In this document: piece after piece, positions 42,339 to 52,700 of the stretch
How the letters are laid out: every line of letters starts with the position of its first letter
How positions within the stretch are numbered: the first letter of the stretch is position 1
DNA from: Calditrichia bacterium
GTDB taxonomy: Bacteria; Calditrichota; Calditrichia; JAJRVZ01
Length of the DNA: 64,000 nt
Reading direction: 5' to 3'
Assembly (NCBI GenBank): GCA_963777955.1
Contig: CAVZSQ010000018.1
Coordinates: forward strand, 32,001 to 96,000
Notes under the pieces: generated by a model
What the model saw: only the letters and a program-made list of their open reading frames with translations
Told to the model about the DNA's origin: nothing
Databases searched by the model: none
Position numbers and translations under genes: made by a program

Positions 42339-43727
42339 TTAGTTGGTCCTGAAGAACTCGATGCGTCTGTTCTTTGCGCGTCCGTCTTTAGTGTCGTTAG
42401 GTGCAATCGGATTCTCGGGTCCAAAACCTTGAGCCTTTAATTCTGGCCGCATCAATTCCGTTCTTAATCAGATAGAATTTAACCGATTCAGCTCTGGCCT
42501 GGGATAACTTGACATTACCTTCGTATTTGCCGGTATTATCGGTATATCCCCGGATTTCAACTTCAATTGCCTTATTCTCGTTAAGAGTGCGGACAACCTT
42601 ACCCAGAGTGACTTCGGAATTGGGATCCAGCTTAGCACTACCGGAAGCAAAGTATATACCTTCCAATACAATGGCCTGTCCTTTTTCCACTGCAATTTCA
42701 GGTTTTTTGTCCGGGCAACCGTCGGCATCTTCATATCCGTTGACAGTTTCTTTGGTATCAACAGCATCCGCCAAGGTTTTGTCGGTGCCAGGGCATTGAT
42801 CTTTGCTATCGGGTATGCCGTCACCGTCATTATCCGGATCGGGTGCGCCGTCAGTATCGACGTAACCATCCACATCTTCCGCCTGGTCAGGAGCAGCATC
42901 AGCGTTATCCAGAATTCCATCACCGTCATTATCCGGATCGGGAACTCCGTCGTCATCCTGGTAACCATCTTTGTCTTCAGGATCTAACGGGGCTTTATCC
43001 TGGGCATCCAGTACTCCATCCTGATCATTGTCAAGATCCGGAGCGCCGTCAAGATCTTCGAAATTATCAAAGTCTTCGGCATTCAGTTTATCGGCGTCCT
43101 TCTTATCAGGAATTCCATCACCATCGGTATCTTTCGGTTTGCCGAAGTAAAAGGTCAAACCCAGTGAGGCGGTGTAGTAGTTGTCATTCTTACTCCCCTC
43201 AGAGAGATCATCGAGTGCATCGGACATCGGGATATGAAGTGTACCTTCCAAATCCAGCGAAATGCGTTCGCCCATGAACATGGCTACTCCTGCTCCTACC
43301 GGAACTCCCATCAATTCCTTATTATAGGAGTCTGCTGCATTGTTAGGCAGTTTATCCCCATCTTCATTTTGTGGATTAAAAGTATAACCTTCCACTCCTG
43401 CGAACATGTAAGGATTGAGAGTAGCTTCCTCAAAAGCTCTTAATTTAATTAATGCAGCACCACTCATGATCGGGGTTTTAAAGGAGTAAGTGTCCTCTTC
43501 ACCTTTGATCTCTGCATAATAGCCCAGAACACCAATAGCGATGTGTTTAGTAGCCCACAAATCCAGTGATACTCCCCCGTACGGACCAATCTTTTGATCT
43601 TTAACATCGCCGTAGTACAAAGCAGCTCCCCCTTTAATCCGAGGGAAACATCCTGTGCAAGTACGACTGAAGATAAAGACCATAAAATCAATCCCAGCAC
43701 AGTAAACAACTTAAACAAATTTTTCAT
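42339..43727 (-). CDS. OmpA-family outer-membrane protein with thrombospondin type-3-like DxDxDG repeats; frameshifts near 43630 and 42438
   Basis: Signal peptide in ORF 43464..43727; barrel, DNDGDG repeats and GYTD...LSQARA in ORF 42397..43683; GFGPENP...GRAKNRRIEF tail in another frame ending TAA at 42339. Confidence 0.85.
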
Positions 43728-44003
43728 TGAACCTCCCCTTTTTTGGTTAAGGTTTTAAGTGTATTTATTATAATAAATAAATAAACAAATGGTATCCCCC
43801 ATTTAGCCCTTATTTCAAATTGATAGTCCAAGCCCAGAATGATATAAAACGAAATATACAATATAAGGTTTCTTTAAGTTGTGACGACGGTCAACTACTT
43901 AAAATAAGAGAAAATTACCTGAAACCCCTTATGAATATATATTTATTTTTTCAGTCATCAAATGTTTTTTTTATTTTTTTCCAATCTGAGCTACTTTTGA
44001 TCA

Positions 44004-44026
44004 TTTTGGCATCCAAATTGCCAAAA
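44004..44026. promoter_or_regulatory. Sigma-54-type -24/-12 element, palindromic
   Basis: TGGCATCCAAATTGC (GG-N10-GC) about 48 nt upstream of comM; TTTTGGCA/TGCCAAAA inverted repeat. Confidence 0.55.
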
Positions 44027-44068
44027 TATCCTGTGATTTCAGTCATATTCGTTAAAGGAAAAGATAAA

Positions 44069-45613
44069 ATGCTCTCCAAAGTCCTCAGTGCGGCGGTTTG
44101 TGGAATCGATGCTTATATTGTCGAGATTGAAACTCACATGGAAGGAAATGTGCCTTATTTCAATATTGTAGGTTTGCCAGATAATGCCATCCGTGAAAGC
44201 CGTGAGCGTGTGATTGCGGCCATGAAAAATTCCGGGTACCATTTCACTTATAATCGCCGTATCACAATTAACATGGCGCCGGCTGATATTAAAAAGGAGG
44301 GTTCTGGCTATGATTTGCCCATCGCCATCGGTCTTATGGCGGCACAGGGAGAGATAAGTGAGGAGAAATTAAATGATCTGATAATTTTAGGAGAACTATC
44401 TCTGGATGGGGGAGTACGACCGGTACATGGTATATTATCGATCGCGGTGGAATCTAAGAGAAGGGGGAAACGGGGGATCATGGTTCCGGTGGAAAATGGA
44501 CGGGAAGCAGCTGTGGCAGGAAGCGAGATCGAGATCTATCCGGTAGCATCTTTGCTTGATGCGGTGAATTTTCTGAACAATGTTCTGTCCATCGAACCCT
44601 TCCGGATTAATTTAGATGAATTATTTGACCAGGAGCAGGAATATGGATTGGATTTCAATGATGTCAAGGGCCAGGAGCATGTCAAGCGCGCCCTGGAAGT
44701 GGCTGCAGCCGGTGGGCATAATATCATCATGATCGGACCGCCCGGTTCGGGCAAAACCATGCTGGCTAAACGTTTTCCAACCATCTTGCCCCCTTTGACC
44801 CTTGATGAGGCATTGGAGACTACAAAAATTCATTCTGTTGCCGGATTGTTACCGTTCAATAAAGCCCTGGTTTCAACGCGACCTTTTCGTTCGCCTCATC
44901 ATACGGTGAGTGATGCCGCTCTGGTCGGCGGCGGTAAATTTCCCCGTCCGGGTGAAGTAAGTCTGGCTCATTACGGAGTATTATTTCTGGATGAATTGCC
45001 GGAATTTAAAAAAAATGTGCTGGAAGTTCTGCGTCAGCCGATGGAAGATACCAGGGTCACTATTGCCCGGGCGATGATCTCCCTGACTTATCCGGCCAAT
45101 TTTTTACTGGCGGCAGCAATGAATCCCTGTCCCTGTGGTTACCACTCCGACCCGGTGCATGAATGCTCCTGTACACCGGCACAGATTCAAAAATATATGT
45201 CCCGTATATCCGGACCGCTGTTAGATCGCATTGATATTCATATTGAGGTGCCATCAGTCAAATACCAGGAATTATCTTCAGATTATAAAGGTGAGTCATC
45301 TCAAATCATCCGTAAACGGGTACAGCGGGCCCGGGCGATCCAGTTAACGAAATTCAAAGGATTGAAAAGGATCTATTGTAATGCCCATATGCAATCCAAG
45401 CACATACGGAAATACTGTAAACTTAATGAAGCCGGGCAGGAGATCTTAAAGAACGCCATTACCAAACTGGGTCTCTCAGCCCGGGCCTATGACCGTATTC
45501 TGAAAGTATCCCGTACCATCGCCGATCTGGCCGAATCACCCCGGATTTTGCCTGAACATGTCTCTGAAGCGGTGCAGTACCGTACGCTGGACAGGCAGTT
45601 GTGGTTATATTAG
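44069..45613 (+). CDS. comM: YifB/ComM Mg-chelatase-like AAA+ ATPase
   Basis: VGLPD.AIRESRER, GPPGSGKT, RPFRSPHH, LDELPEF, AMNPCPCG, SARAYDRILKVSRTIAD. Confidence 0.93.
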   Translation: MLSKVLSAAVCGIDAYIVEIETHMEGNVPYFNIVGLPDNAIRESRERVIAAMKNSGYHFTYNRRITINMAPADIKKEGSGYDLPIAIGLMAAQGEISEEKLNDLIILGELSLDGGVRPVHGILSIAVESKRRGKRGIMVPVENGREAAVAGSEIEIYPVASLLDAVNFLNNVLSIEPFRINLDELFDQEQEYGLDFNDVKGQEHVKRALEVAAAGGHNIIMIGPPGSGKTMLAKRFPTILPPLTLDEALETTKIHSVAGLLPFNKALVSTRPFRSPHHTVSDAALVGGGKFPRPGEVSLAHYGVLFLDELPEFKKNVLEVLRQPMEDTRVTIARAMISLTYPANFLLAAAMNPCPCGYHSDPVHECSCTPAQIQKYMSRISGPLLDRIDIHIEVPSVKYQELSSDYKGESSQIIRKRVQRARAIQLTKFKGLKRIYCNAHMQSKHIRKYCKLNEAGQEILKNAITKLGLSARAYDRILKVSRTIADLAESPRILPEHVSEAVQYRTLDRQLWLY

Positions 45614-45624
45614 GCACAAAAAAA

Positions 45625-45806
45625 GGGCAAAGGATAAAGGCATAATTATTATCCGCAATTTTCCATACGTGCAGATCAGAGATCTTCGAATCTCCATCGG
45701 ATTCAATTTGTTTTCTGATTTCGGCAGCAAGTGGTGATTTATAGTCCAATAGTATTCTGGCCGAATCATTCAACAGCAGAACAGCCCAGTCTGAGGATCT
45801 GGACAT
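45625..45806 (-). pseudogene. Fragment of a CDF-family (DmeF-like) cation efflux transporter
   Basis: WAVLLLNDSARILLD...IRKQIESDGDSKISDLHVWKIA resembles the last TM and start of the CDF cytoplasmic domain; the rest of the gene is absent. Confidence 0.55.
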
Positions 45807-45813
45807 CGTCAGA

Positions 45814-46661
45814 TTACATTTTATTTACATAAAAAACAACACCAAGTTCTGGCGCAAAATCGGTTGCTTTGGAACTCAAGCCAAAGGAATTATTAATCCG
45901 CACGAACATCCATGGTTTGAAGTGAATCTGCAGATCGGTGATCAAGCCAAGTTCATCCTGCGCACCTTCAATGCCAACATACAATCTGAATTTTTTATTT
46001 ATTCTTTTTAAGTACTCGAAGGCGAACTCGCCCGGTTCAAGTTTATTTTCCTCCCTGATATATTCCATAGCAGGCCCGTACGGATAAAGTTCCCCATGAG
46101 AATCCTTTTATGAGTCCTGAACCAAATTTGAATTCCCATTCAGAGGTACCGATCAGTTTACTATTTTTATTAAGTGGAAGTACTGTTTCAAAATACGAAA
46201 ATAACTCGGGTGTCGAAATGGTTTCTTTCCAGTAACGCCAGCGCAATTGACCTTCAACGTCGCCCAGTCCCTGCTCACTGAAGGACGCAGGAAAATCTGA
46301 CAGGTCCTGGTCACCTTTATGCTGGGTGGCGGTTATAATTGCCGCTTCGCCCTCGATCATCAGCCAATCGCTGATTCCATATCCTAAATAGAGGATTCCT
46401 TCATGGGCGATATATTTGCCGCGGTAATCATTTTCCGATGTATACCCAAGGTCAGCCGGTTTATATTCGGCGTTTTTATCATAATAAAATTCATAAAAGG
46501 GATAAATTATAAAGTCATTTTTTTCCATATATGTTCCGAACATAGAGGTGGCGATACCGGGTCCTCTATCATCTAAATACTGAGCACTGGACTGAGCTAA
46601 ACAATCAGCCAGGCCGGCAAAGAAAACATGTGCGGCTCAGGATAAATGAATATATTTTCAT
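45814..46661 (-). CDS. Hypothetical exported/outer-membrane protein, frameshifted near 46638 and 46075
   Basis: MKIYSFIL then AAHVFFAGLADCLAQ...DRGPGIATSMFGTY in another frame; continues in ORFs 46043..46543 and 45814..46068; ends PELGVVFY. Confidence 0.55.
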
Positions 46662-46904
46662 ATTAACTCACTTTCCATGATTTAAATAGTATGTAAATAA
46701 AATATCCTCAGAAAACAAGTAAAGCGGATCTGGGTCTGCTGTTTTCCGGTTTATACGGAAATGCTTTCCAGAGCTGAGTGTGCCGGGCAACTTCATGTCG
46801 TTAAATTATAATATATTTGATTAAAACGAATTTTAACTCGCACAGATTCCTGGAATTCTGTAATTCTTTAGAAATAAATATAAAGAAAATGTTTATGACC
46901 GGTT

Positions 46905-47171
46905 TCAGTGCGTAACTAATGCCACTAGTGAAAAAATCAAAGCCAGGTTGATCGGGATGATATAGTGATAGTACAGTGCGCCGACTTTTCCGGTTTCTTT
47001 CAAGGTTACCTCTTTATAGCGACCTAGATTTCTGAAAACAAAAAGCCTCATCAACAGGAAGGGAGTCTTCATTCCGCGCCGGTCGAGTTCCCGGGTAATC
47101 AGAACAACCGCAACCACCGCCCACAGAGCAGAGAAAACAGCAAAAACTATGAAAAGATTAGGGAGTGACAT
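46905..47171 (-). CDS. Small two-TM membrane protein
   Basis: 88 aa, two hydrophobic segments, GGAG RBS. Confidence 0.6.
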   Translation of the reverse strand: MSLPNLFIVFAVFSALWAVVAVVLITRELDRRGMKTPFLLMRLFVFRNLGRYKEVTLKETGKVGALYYHYIIPINLALIFSLVALVTH

Positions 47172-47269
47172 AGATTCTCCAATTGAAAGTCCATATTATA
47201 TACGTAACAAAAGGCAATTTGTATGGGAAAAATATATTAATCTAGTGAGGAGATCAGAATGAATTGGAT

Positions 47270-47299
47270 TGTAGGGGCGAATAATTATTCGCCCCTACA
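47270..47299. repeat. GTAG-type REP-like perfect palindrome
   Basis: TGTAGGGGCGAATAATTATTCGCCCCTACA is a 30-nt perfect palindrome just downstream of a stop codon. Confidence 0.75.
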
Positions 47300-47304
47300 G
47301 ATGT

Positions 47305-48227
47305 TTAATTTTTATATTTATATATCAATACCGTCGGTTTGCCTTTTTGTCCCTCATTCGATATAAGCAGGTCACCGTTTTCAAGGAAGGTAATTCCTTC
47401 GGGCTTATTAAATAAAACCGGATTAAGTTTTTCTAGATGTTCAATTGTCCCGTTAAGGTCAAATATAAATAAAAGATAATCTGCAGCCGAAAGCACAAAT
47501 AATTTTCCGGTCAGCGGATGAATACGCTAGATCCGAAATTTTCAATTGGATATCCGGTCCAGTTATTCCCGCCTGCTTTCTGATTTTGCCCGTCAAGCCA
47601 ACCTTATTACTCACGGCGAATTGCCTGATCAAGGATAGATCCAATATTATAACAGGTTGTGCCGTAGATTTTTTCGATTCCAGGTCAAAGCCATAAATCA
47701 GCCGTCTGTCTTTTTCAATCCGGCTCTTATCGATTTTTCCTTTACAGGCTATTAAAAGTCTGCCATTCTTATGGTCATAACAGAGTGCTTCATTGTCCTG
47801 AGCAGGGATGCCGGTGTAGTAAGATATCACCTTTGCTTTTCCGGTTTGATAATCTGAAATCTCAAACAAAACGCCGTCACTCCGCAGTACATAAAATATG
47901 TCAGCAACCCGGGTAATTCCTTCATAATCCCCATCGCTGTGAAAAATATACTGGTGCCTGATCCGGTTATTAATGACATCATAAATAAACAGAATCCCAT
48001 TTTCATCCTGAATGCAGGCAAAGGAGGTTGAATCGATTTCTGTTAAACCGGATATTTCATGTAAAATAGCGGGTAGAATGAGAATCTTATCCGGATTGGT
48101 TAGATCATATCCTGTGATCTGGACATGGTTGTTAACCTGCGGGTTACAGCAACCAAAAATGTCAGGAAATATCAATAACAACAGGTTCGCAATTAACAAC
48201 CGCGCAACAAGTCTGTCTTCTGATCAT
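47305..48227 (-). CDS. SdiA-regulated-domain (YjiK-like beta-propeller) protein, frameshifted near 47524 and possibly near the start
   Basis: LHEISGL, QDENG, GDYEGI, DNEALCYD, then IHPLTGKLFVLSA...KPEGITF..GDLLISNEG in a second frame. Confidence 0.7.
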
Positions 48228-48481
48228 AGGTTATCGATTCTCCATTTCTGCCGGCATCGGATCGAAAATTACAGCTAACCCGTGGATGGCACATTTGTCA
48301 CTGATCGAATACATGAAAATATGCAGCGAAAATTTTAGTTACAAGAACTATCCGACTTTAAGTGTTGCACAAATACAAACTTGTGAGTACCTTTTTATGT
48401 TTATATTCAAAAACCCCATGCTAAAACCAGACTGATGCAGGAATGAAAGTTACTTCTGCTTTGCGCATAAGGTGTATTATT

Positions 48482-48600
48482 AAGGCACAAAGGCACAAAG
48501 GCACAAAGGCACTACAGGAAATCTTGGTTTTATTAGACTCAGTGCCTTAGTGCCTGCGTGCCTTACTTTGTCCCTTTGTCCCTTTGTCTCTTTGTCCCTT
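48482..48600. repeat. Octamer tandem arrays (AGGCACAA, then inverted GTGCCT and TTGTCCCT)
   Basis: Four aaggcac units at 48482-48512; gtgcct x3 and tttgtccc/tttgtctc x4 at 48541-48600. Confidence 0.85.
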
Positions 48601-49518
48601 TTATCCTGCGACGCCCCGCGCCACAACCCGCTGGATCCGCAAAATCCTGAGAATCATTATCATTATATTCAGGGGACTGTTCAGACCCTGAGCATTCCGC
48701 ACCAGCCCCTTGCGGGAGTTTCAGTGTATTGGCCGGAACAATCGTTATTAACTCTCAGTGATACTGAAGGCGGTTTTCACCTGGAAATGATCAATCCGCA
48801 CGACGGCTGGGTATATCTGCAGCATGATAAATTTTGTACAGATTCTGCATATATTTTATGGCAGAGTCGTCAAACAGTCATACTTGAACGTTATCTGAAT
48901 TCGATGCCACAAATTGATAGTATGCAAATTTACAGTATTATCCTTAATCGCTATCCCAATCTGCAGACTGAACAGATCGTCGTCCGGACCAAAATTACAG
49001 ATGCGGATAATGATGTCGATTCTGTCCTGGCTATTAATAAGTTAACGGCTACCTGCCATGTTTTAACTTATAATATTAATGATAAATGGTATGAAAAAGC
49101 CTTATCCCTCTATGATCTGCAAATAAGTAAAACAGAAGAAATTATCGGGCATCTGTTCGAAATATCAGTAAATGATATTTTTAATCGGACATTAATTATC
49201 GGAGCGGGTGATGTACAGCGGGTAATGCGTGAAGAAGTGATATTCATTTCACCCTCCGGCAATGAAACAACACCACCTCAACCTGTTCTGAATTGGCAGG
49301 AATATCAGGCGGGTTTTAACTTTACTCTGCAGGTACAGGTGTTCAAGGCAGACATTATACCGGAACTGGTCTGGGAAAAAAACCAGTTATCAGCGGAAAC
49401 GGTCACCTGTAATGTGGATCAGGTACTGCCGGCCGGAGAATATTTCTGGGTGATCTGGGCCTTTGATGAATTTGGAGACCGTACCCGCTCCAAGCCGGCA
49501 TCATTTAAGGTGGAGTAA
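48550..49518 (+). CDS. Putative lipoprotein with carboxypeptidase-regulatory/Ig-like domains
   Basis: Lipobox LLSC followed by DAPRHNPLDP; PLAGVSV...SDTEGGF; GEYFWVIWAFD; start uncertain. Confidence 0.65.
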   Translation: MPACLTLSLCPFVSLSLLSCDAPRHNPLDPQNPENHYHYIQGTVQTLSIPHQPLAGVSVYWPEQSLLTLSDTEGGFHLEMINPHDGWVYLQHDKFCTDSAYILWQSRQTVILERYLNSMPQIDSMQIYSIILNRYPNLQTEQIVVRTKITDADNDVDSVLAINKLTATCHVLTYNINDKWYEKALSLYDLQISKTEEIIGHLFEISVNDIFNRTLIIGAGDVQRVMREEVIFISPSGNETTPPQPVLNWQEYQAGFNFTLQVQVFKADIIPELVWEKNQLSAETVTCNVDQVLPAGEYFWVIWAFDEFGDRTRSKPASFKVE

Positions 49519-49533
49519 AAAGACGGAGTTATC

Positions 49534-51021
49534 TTGGATATAAGCGCTCTTTCACCTTTACGGGAAATCAAACGCGAGCAGTTTGAGGTGCTGTATAAGA
49601 TCAGCGCGATGCTTAATACAACCCATTACCAGGAATCGCTGATTGAACAAACCCTGGATCTGGTAATTCAGTACCTGCAGGCAGAGCGGGGATTGTTTGC
49701 CCGTTATGAGAAAACCGGAGATTCCTTTGCTATCATTGCCGCCCGTAATGTGCAACAGGCCAAGGCAATTACCGATTTGCACTCCTTCTCTGCGGGAATC
49801 CTGCGGCAGGTGGTTGCCAGCAAACAGACCATTTTATATCACGATGCGCAGGGTGATCCCGCTGTTTCACAATTTGCCAGTGTCCAGTTGCATAATATAA
49901 AATCCGTGATCGGTGTGCCGGTCTTCTATAAATCTGAAATATGGGGAGTAATACTGGTCGACAGTCAGACCAACCGACGCGAGTTTACTGCTGAAAATCT
50001 GTTCTTCCTGGAATTTTTTGCCAGCCTGGTCTCGCTGGTGCTGGAGCGGATTATGGCTATGGAACAATTGCAGAATGAAAACTTGTTATTGCGTAATCAG
50101 TTGCAAACCTCCCTGGTCATACCGGAGATGATCGGGAAAAGTCAGGTGATGCAGGATCTGTATTTGCTGATCCAGCGGGTGGCCGGCAGCGAAGCTACGG
50201 TGCTGATATTAGGTGAGAGCGGTACCGGCAAGGAACTGGTGGCCAGGGCTGTCCACAAATTGAGCAATCGTAAAGATAAACCTTTTCTGGCTCAATTCTG
50301 CGGATCAATTCCGGATACCCTGCTGGAAAGCGAGTTGTTTGGATATAAAAAAGGTGCATTTTCAGGAGCTTACCAGGATAAAAAAGGATTATTCGAGGTC
50401 GCCGACCAGGGCACCTTCTTCCTGGATGAAATCGCGGATATCTCCCTGGCCCTGCAGGCTAAATTACTGCGGGTGCTGGAAAATCAGGAGATAATCAGAC
50501 TCGGCGATACGCAGGTTAAACAGGTTGATGTACGGATCATCACCGCCACTAATAAAGATCTCTACACCATGGTAAAAGAGGGGAAATTCCGCGAGGATCT
50601 GTACTACCGTCTGAATGTTTTTCCGATCACCCTGCCGCCGTTGCGTAACCGGAAAGGGGATGTACCGTTACTGGTCAGGCATTTTATCAGCAAAAATGCC
50701 GGGAAAGATCTCGCGGTCGAACAGGGCGTATTGACTAAACTTGAATCTTATCCCTGGCCTGGCAATGTGCGTCAACTGGAAAACGTCCTGCAGCGGGCCC
50801 TGATCCTGTCCAATGGACAAAAAATAACTGCTGATAATATTTTACTTCAGGATTCGGAAAACTTAACCAATTTTCATGGATTATTGGAAGATTTTGAGAT
50901 GCTGCTGCTGAAAAAACGTCTGGAAGAACACAAAGGCAATCGCACCCTGACCGCAAAATCACTTGGTGTTTCAGTACGCTGGGTACAGCTGAAGTTGAAG
51001 GGGCTGGGGGAGAAGAAATAA
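49534..51021 (+). CDS. GAF-domain sigma-54-dependent transcriptional activator (Fis-type HTH)
   Basis: GAF N-terminus; GESGTGKE, ESELFG..KGAFSGA, FLDEI, FREDLYYRL, WPGNVRQL; GNRTLTAKSLG HTH. Confidence 0.92.
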   Translation: MDISALSPLREIKREQFEVLYKISAMLNTTHYQESLIEQTLDLVIQYLQAERGLFARYEKTGDSFAIIAARNVQQAKAITDLHSFSAGILRQVVASKQTILYHDAQGDPAVSQFASVQLHNIKSVIGVPVFYKSEIWGVILVDSQTNRREFTAENLFFLEFFASLVSLVLERIMAMEQLQNENLLLRNQLQTSLVIPEMIGKSQVMQDLYLLIQRVAGSEATVLILGESGTGKELVARAVHKLSNRKDKPFLAQFCGSIPDTLLESELFGYKKGAFSGAYQDKKGLFEVADQGTFFLDEIADISLALQAKLLRVLENQEIIRLGDTQVKQVDVRIITATNKDLYTMVKEGKFREDLYYRLNVFPITLPPLRNRKGDVPLLVRHFISKNAGKDLAVEQGVLTKLESYPWPGNVRQLENVLQRALILSNGQKITADNILLQDSENLTNFHGLLEDFEMLLLKKRLEEHKGNRTLTAKSLGVSVRWVQLKLKGLGEKK

Positions 51022-51098
51022 AGCACAAAGATACAAAGAGACAGAGAGACAAAGAGACAAGAAGATAAATACTCAGGAACTAAGGGACTAAGGTACTT
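51020..51098. repeat. Octamer tandem array (AGAGACAA, degenerate)
   Basis: aagcacaa agatacaa agagacag agagacaa agagacaa ... aggaacta agggacta aggtactt starting at the activator stop codon. Confidence 0.8.
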
Positions 51099-51103
51099 TA
51101 GAT

Positions 51104-52648
51104 ATGTCAACCACATCAGATTATTCGGATCAATCGCTGCTGTTTGAAAAATTCAGGATTATCTCCTGTCTGAAAAAGGACATTTTCAGCAGCGTATATG
51201 TGGCTGATCATATTTATCTGAACAAGAAGATTGTGCTAAAAGTACTGCATACAGCCAATCTGTCCGACCCGGCAGTACTGGAACGATTCAAACGCGAGGC
51301 GAAAATCCTGGCCCGGCTTGATCATCCTAATATTATACGGATATTGGATTTTGGACACTCGGGCAGCGATTTTTATCTGTCTTTTGAATTTTTTGACAGC
51401 CGTAATCTGCGTGATGTATTGCAGGACAGAGTGCTGGATTTAAATGAGAAAAAAAATATTTTCGTGCAATTGGTGCAGGGAATATCAGCTGCCCATCAAA
51501 CCGGAATTATTCATCGTGACCTTAAACCGGAAAATTTACTGATCAATGACCAGGAGCAATTAAAGATAGCCGATTTTGGTCTGGCCCAGGCTCTGGATGA
51601 AATGGCCCTGACCAAGAAATCTTCCATCGTTGGTACTCCGGCCTATATGTCTCCTGAACAGATACGCGGAGAAACGCTTACCCCTCAATCCGATCTGTTT
51701 TCTCTGGGGATAGTAGCCTATGAAATATTTTACGGAGCTAATCCGTTTGTCGGGCATGATCTCAATGCCACGTTCAATACCATTCTGGGCGGTGAGCTGC
51801 CGCGAATAAATATGGGTGCCGGCGAACATGATGAAAAAATTGAACAGATAATCATGGCTTGTCTGCAGCGCGACAGACATAAACGGATCAAATCTTCAGG
51901 CGAGATTCTGGAAATTCTGGATATTGAAAAAAGCGAAGTGTCCCGGCGACCCTGGAATGACAAAATGAAGAATATCAAATACGCACTCCTGGGTGTTATA
52001 CTGATTATCCTGGGTGTGGTATGGATAAGCAAAAGGGAAAAGGGTAATATTGAAAAATTCAAATTTGTTGATCCCTGGTCAAGTGGTACCTTTATCGACC
52101 TCACCTCAAAAGACACACTCAGCCTCGAGCAAAAGATATCCCGGTCCGGCCAGGAAATAGGGGAATACCAGAATCATTCCGCCGCAGGTCAGGGAAATTT
52201 TATCCTGATCGGCACACCTTATACTACTGTTTTAATTGATTCGCAGGAAATTGGTCAGATCCCTTTGAAAAATACCGTTGCCCTGTCGGCTGGAATACAT
52301 CATTTGACCTTAAAGCATAAAGATTTTCCAATATATTCACGGTCAGTGGAAATCCTGGCCGGCGAGAACAATATTCTGCAAATATCTCTGGATACGTTAT
52401 TCGGATATTTAAATTGCCAGATCTACCCCTGGGGTGAGTTATATCTTGATGGTTTATATAAGGGGCAATCTCCTTTATTAAAACCATTGATACTTGCACC
52501 AGGTAAACATTCAGTCACCGTTAATAATCCGGTTTGGCCCGAATTCAGAGATACCATTATGATTTCCAGGAAAGAAACAACAGAATACAGGATAAATTTT
52601 GAACAAATTAACCGCCTGGTAACAGTTGATACCATGAGAATTCCTTAA
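51104..52648 (+). CDS. Membrane Ser/Thr protein kinase with extracytoplasmic PEGA-like domains
   Basis: IVLK, RFKREA, HRDLKPEN, DFG, GTPAYMSPEQ, SDLFSLG; one TM; two PEGA-like repeats (LIDSQEIGQIP, YLDGLYKGQSP). Confidence 0.9.
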   Translation: MSTTSDYSDQSLLFEKFRIISCLKKDIFSSVYVADHIYLNKKIVLKVLHTANLSDPAVLERFKREAKILARLDHPNIIRILDFGHSGSDFYLSFEFFDSRNLRDVLQDRVLDLNEKKNIFVQLVQGISAAHQTGIIHRDLKPENLLINDQEQLKIADFGLAQALDEMALTKKSSIVGTPAYMSPEQIRGETLTPQSDLFSLGIVAYEIFYGANPFVGHDLNATFNTILGGELPRINMGAGEHDEKIEQIIMACLQRDRHKRIKSSGEILEILDIEKSEVSRRPWNDKMKNIKYALLGVILIILGVVWISKREKGNIEKFKFVDPWSSGTFIDLTSKDTLSLEQKISRSGQEIGEYQNHSAAGQGNFILIGTPYTTVLIDSQEIGQIPLKNTVALSAGIHHLTLKHKDFPIYSRSVEILAGENNILQISLDTLFGYLNCQIYPWGELYLDGLYKGQSPLLKPLILAPGKHSVTVNNPVWPEFRDTIMISRKETTEYRINFEQINRLVTVDTMRIP

Positions 52649-52650
52649 AC

Positions 52651-52666
52651 TGGTACGGATTTTGTA
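52651..52666 (+). promoter_or_regulatory. Sigma-54-like -24/-12 element upstream of the Kelch gene
   Basis: TGGTACGGATTTTGTA (GG-N10-GT), 35 nt before ATG 52701. Confidence 0.45.
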
Positions 52667-52700
52667 TCTTGATTACTGGAGGTTATACCGGGGAATGTGT

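Noticed and set aside
43820..44068. 83-aa N-terminal extension of comM
   Set aside because: AT-rich intergenic-like sequence; the family starts at MLSKV (44069), which has an AAGGA RBS
46667..46795. Short minus-strand ORF MKLPGTLSSGKHFR...
   Set aside because: No RBS, no motif and no compositional signal; probably chance
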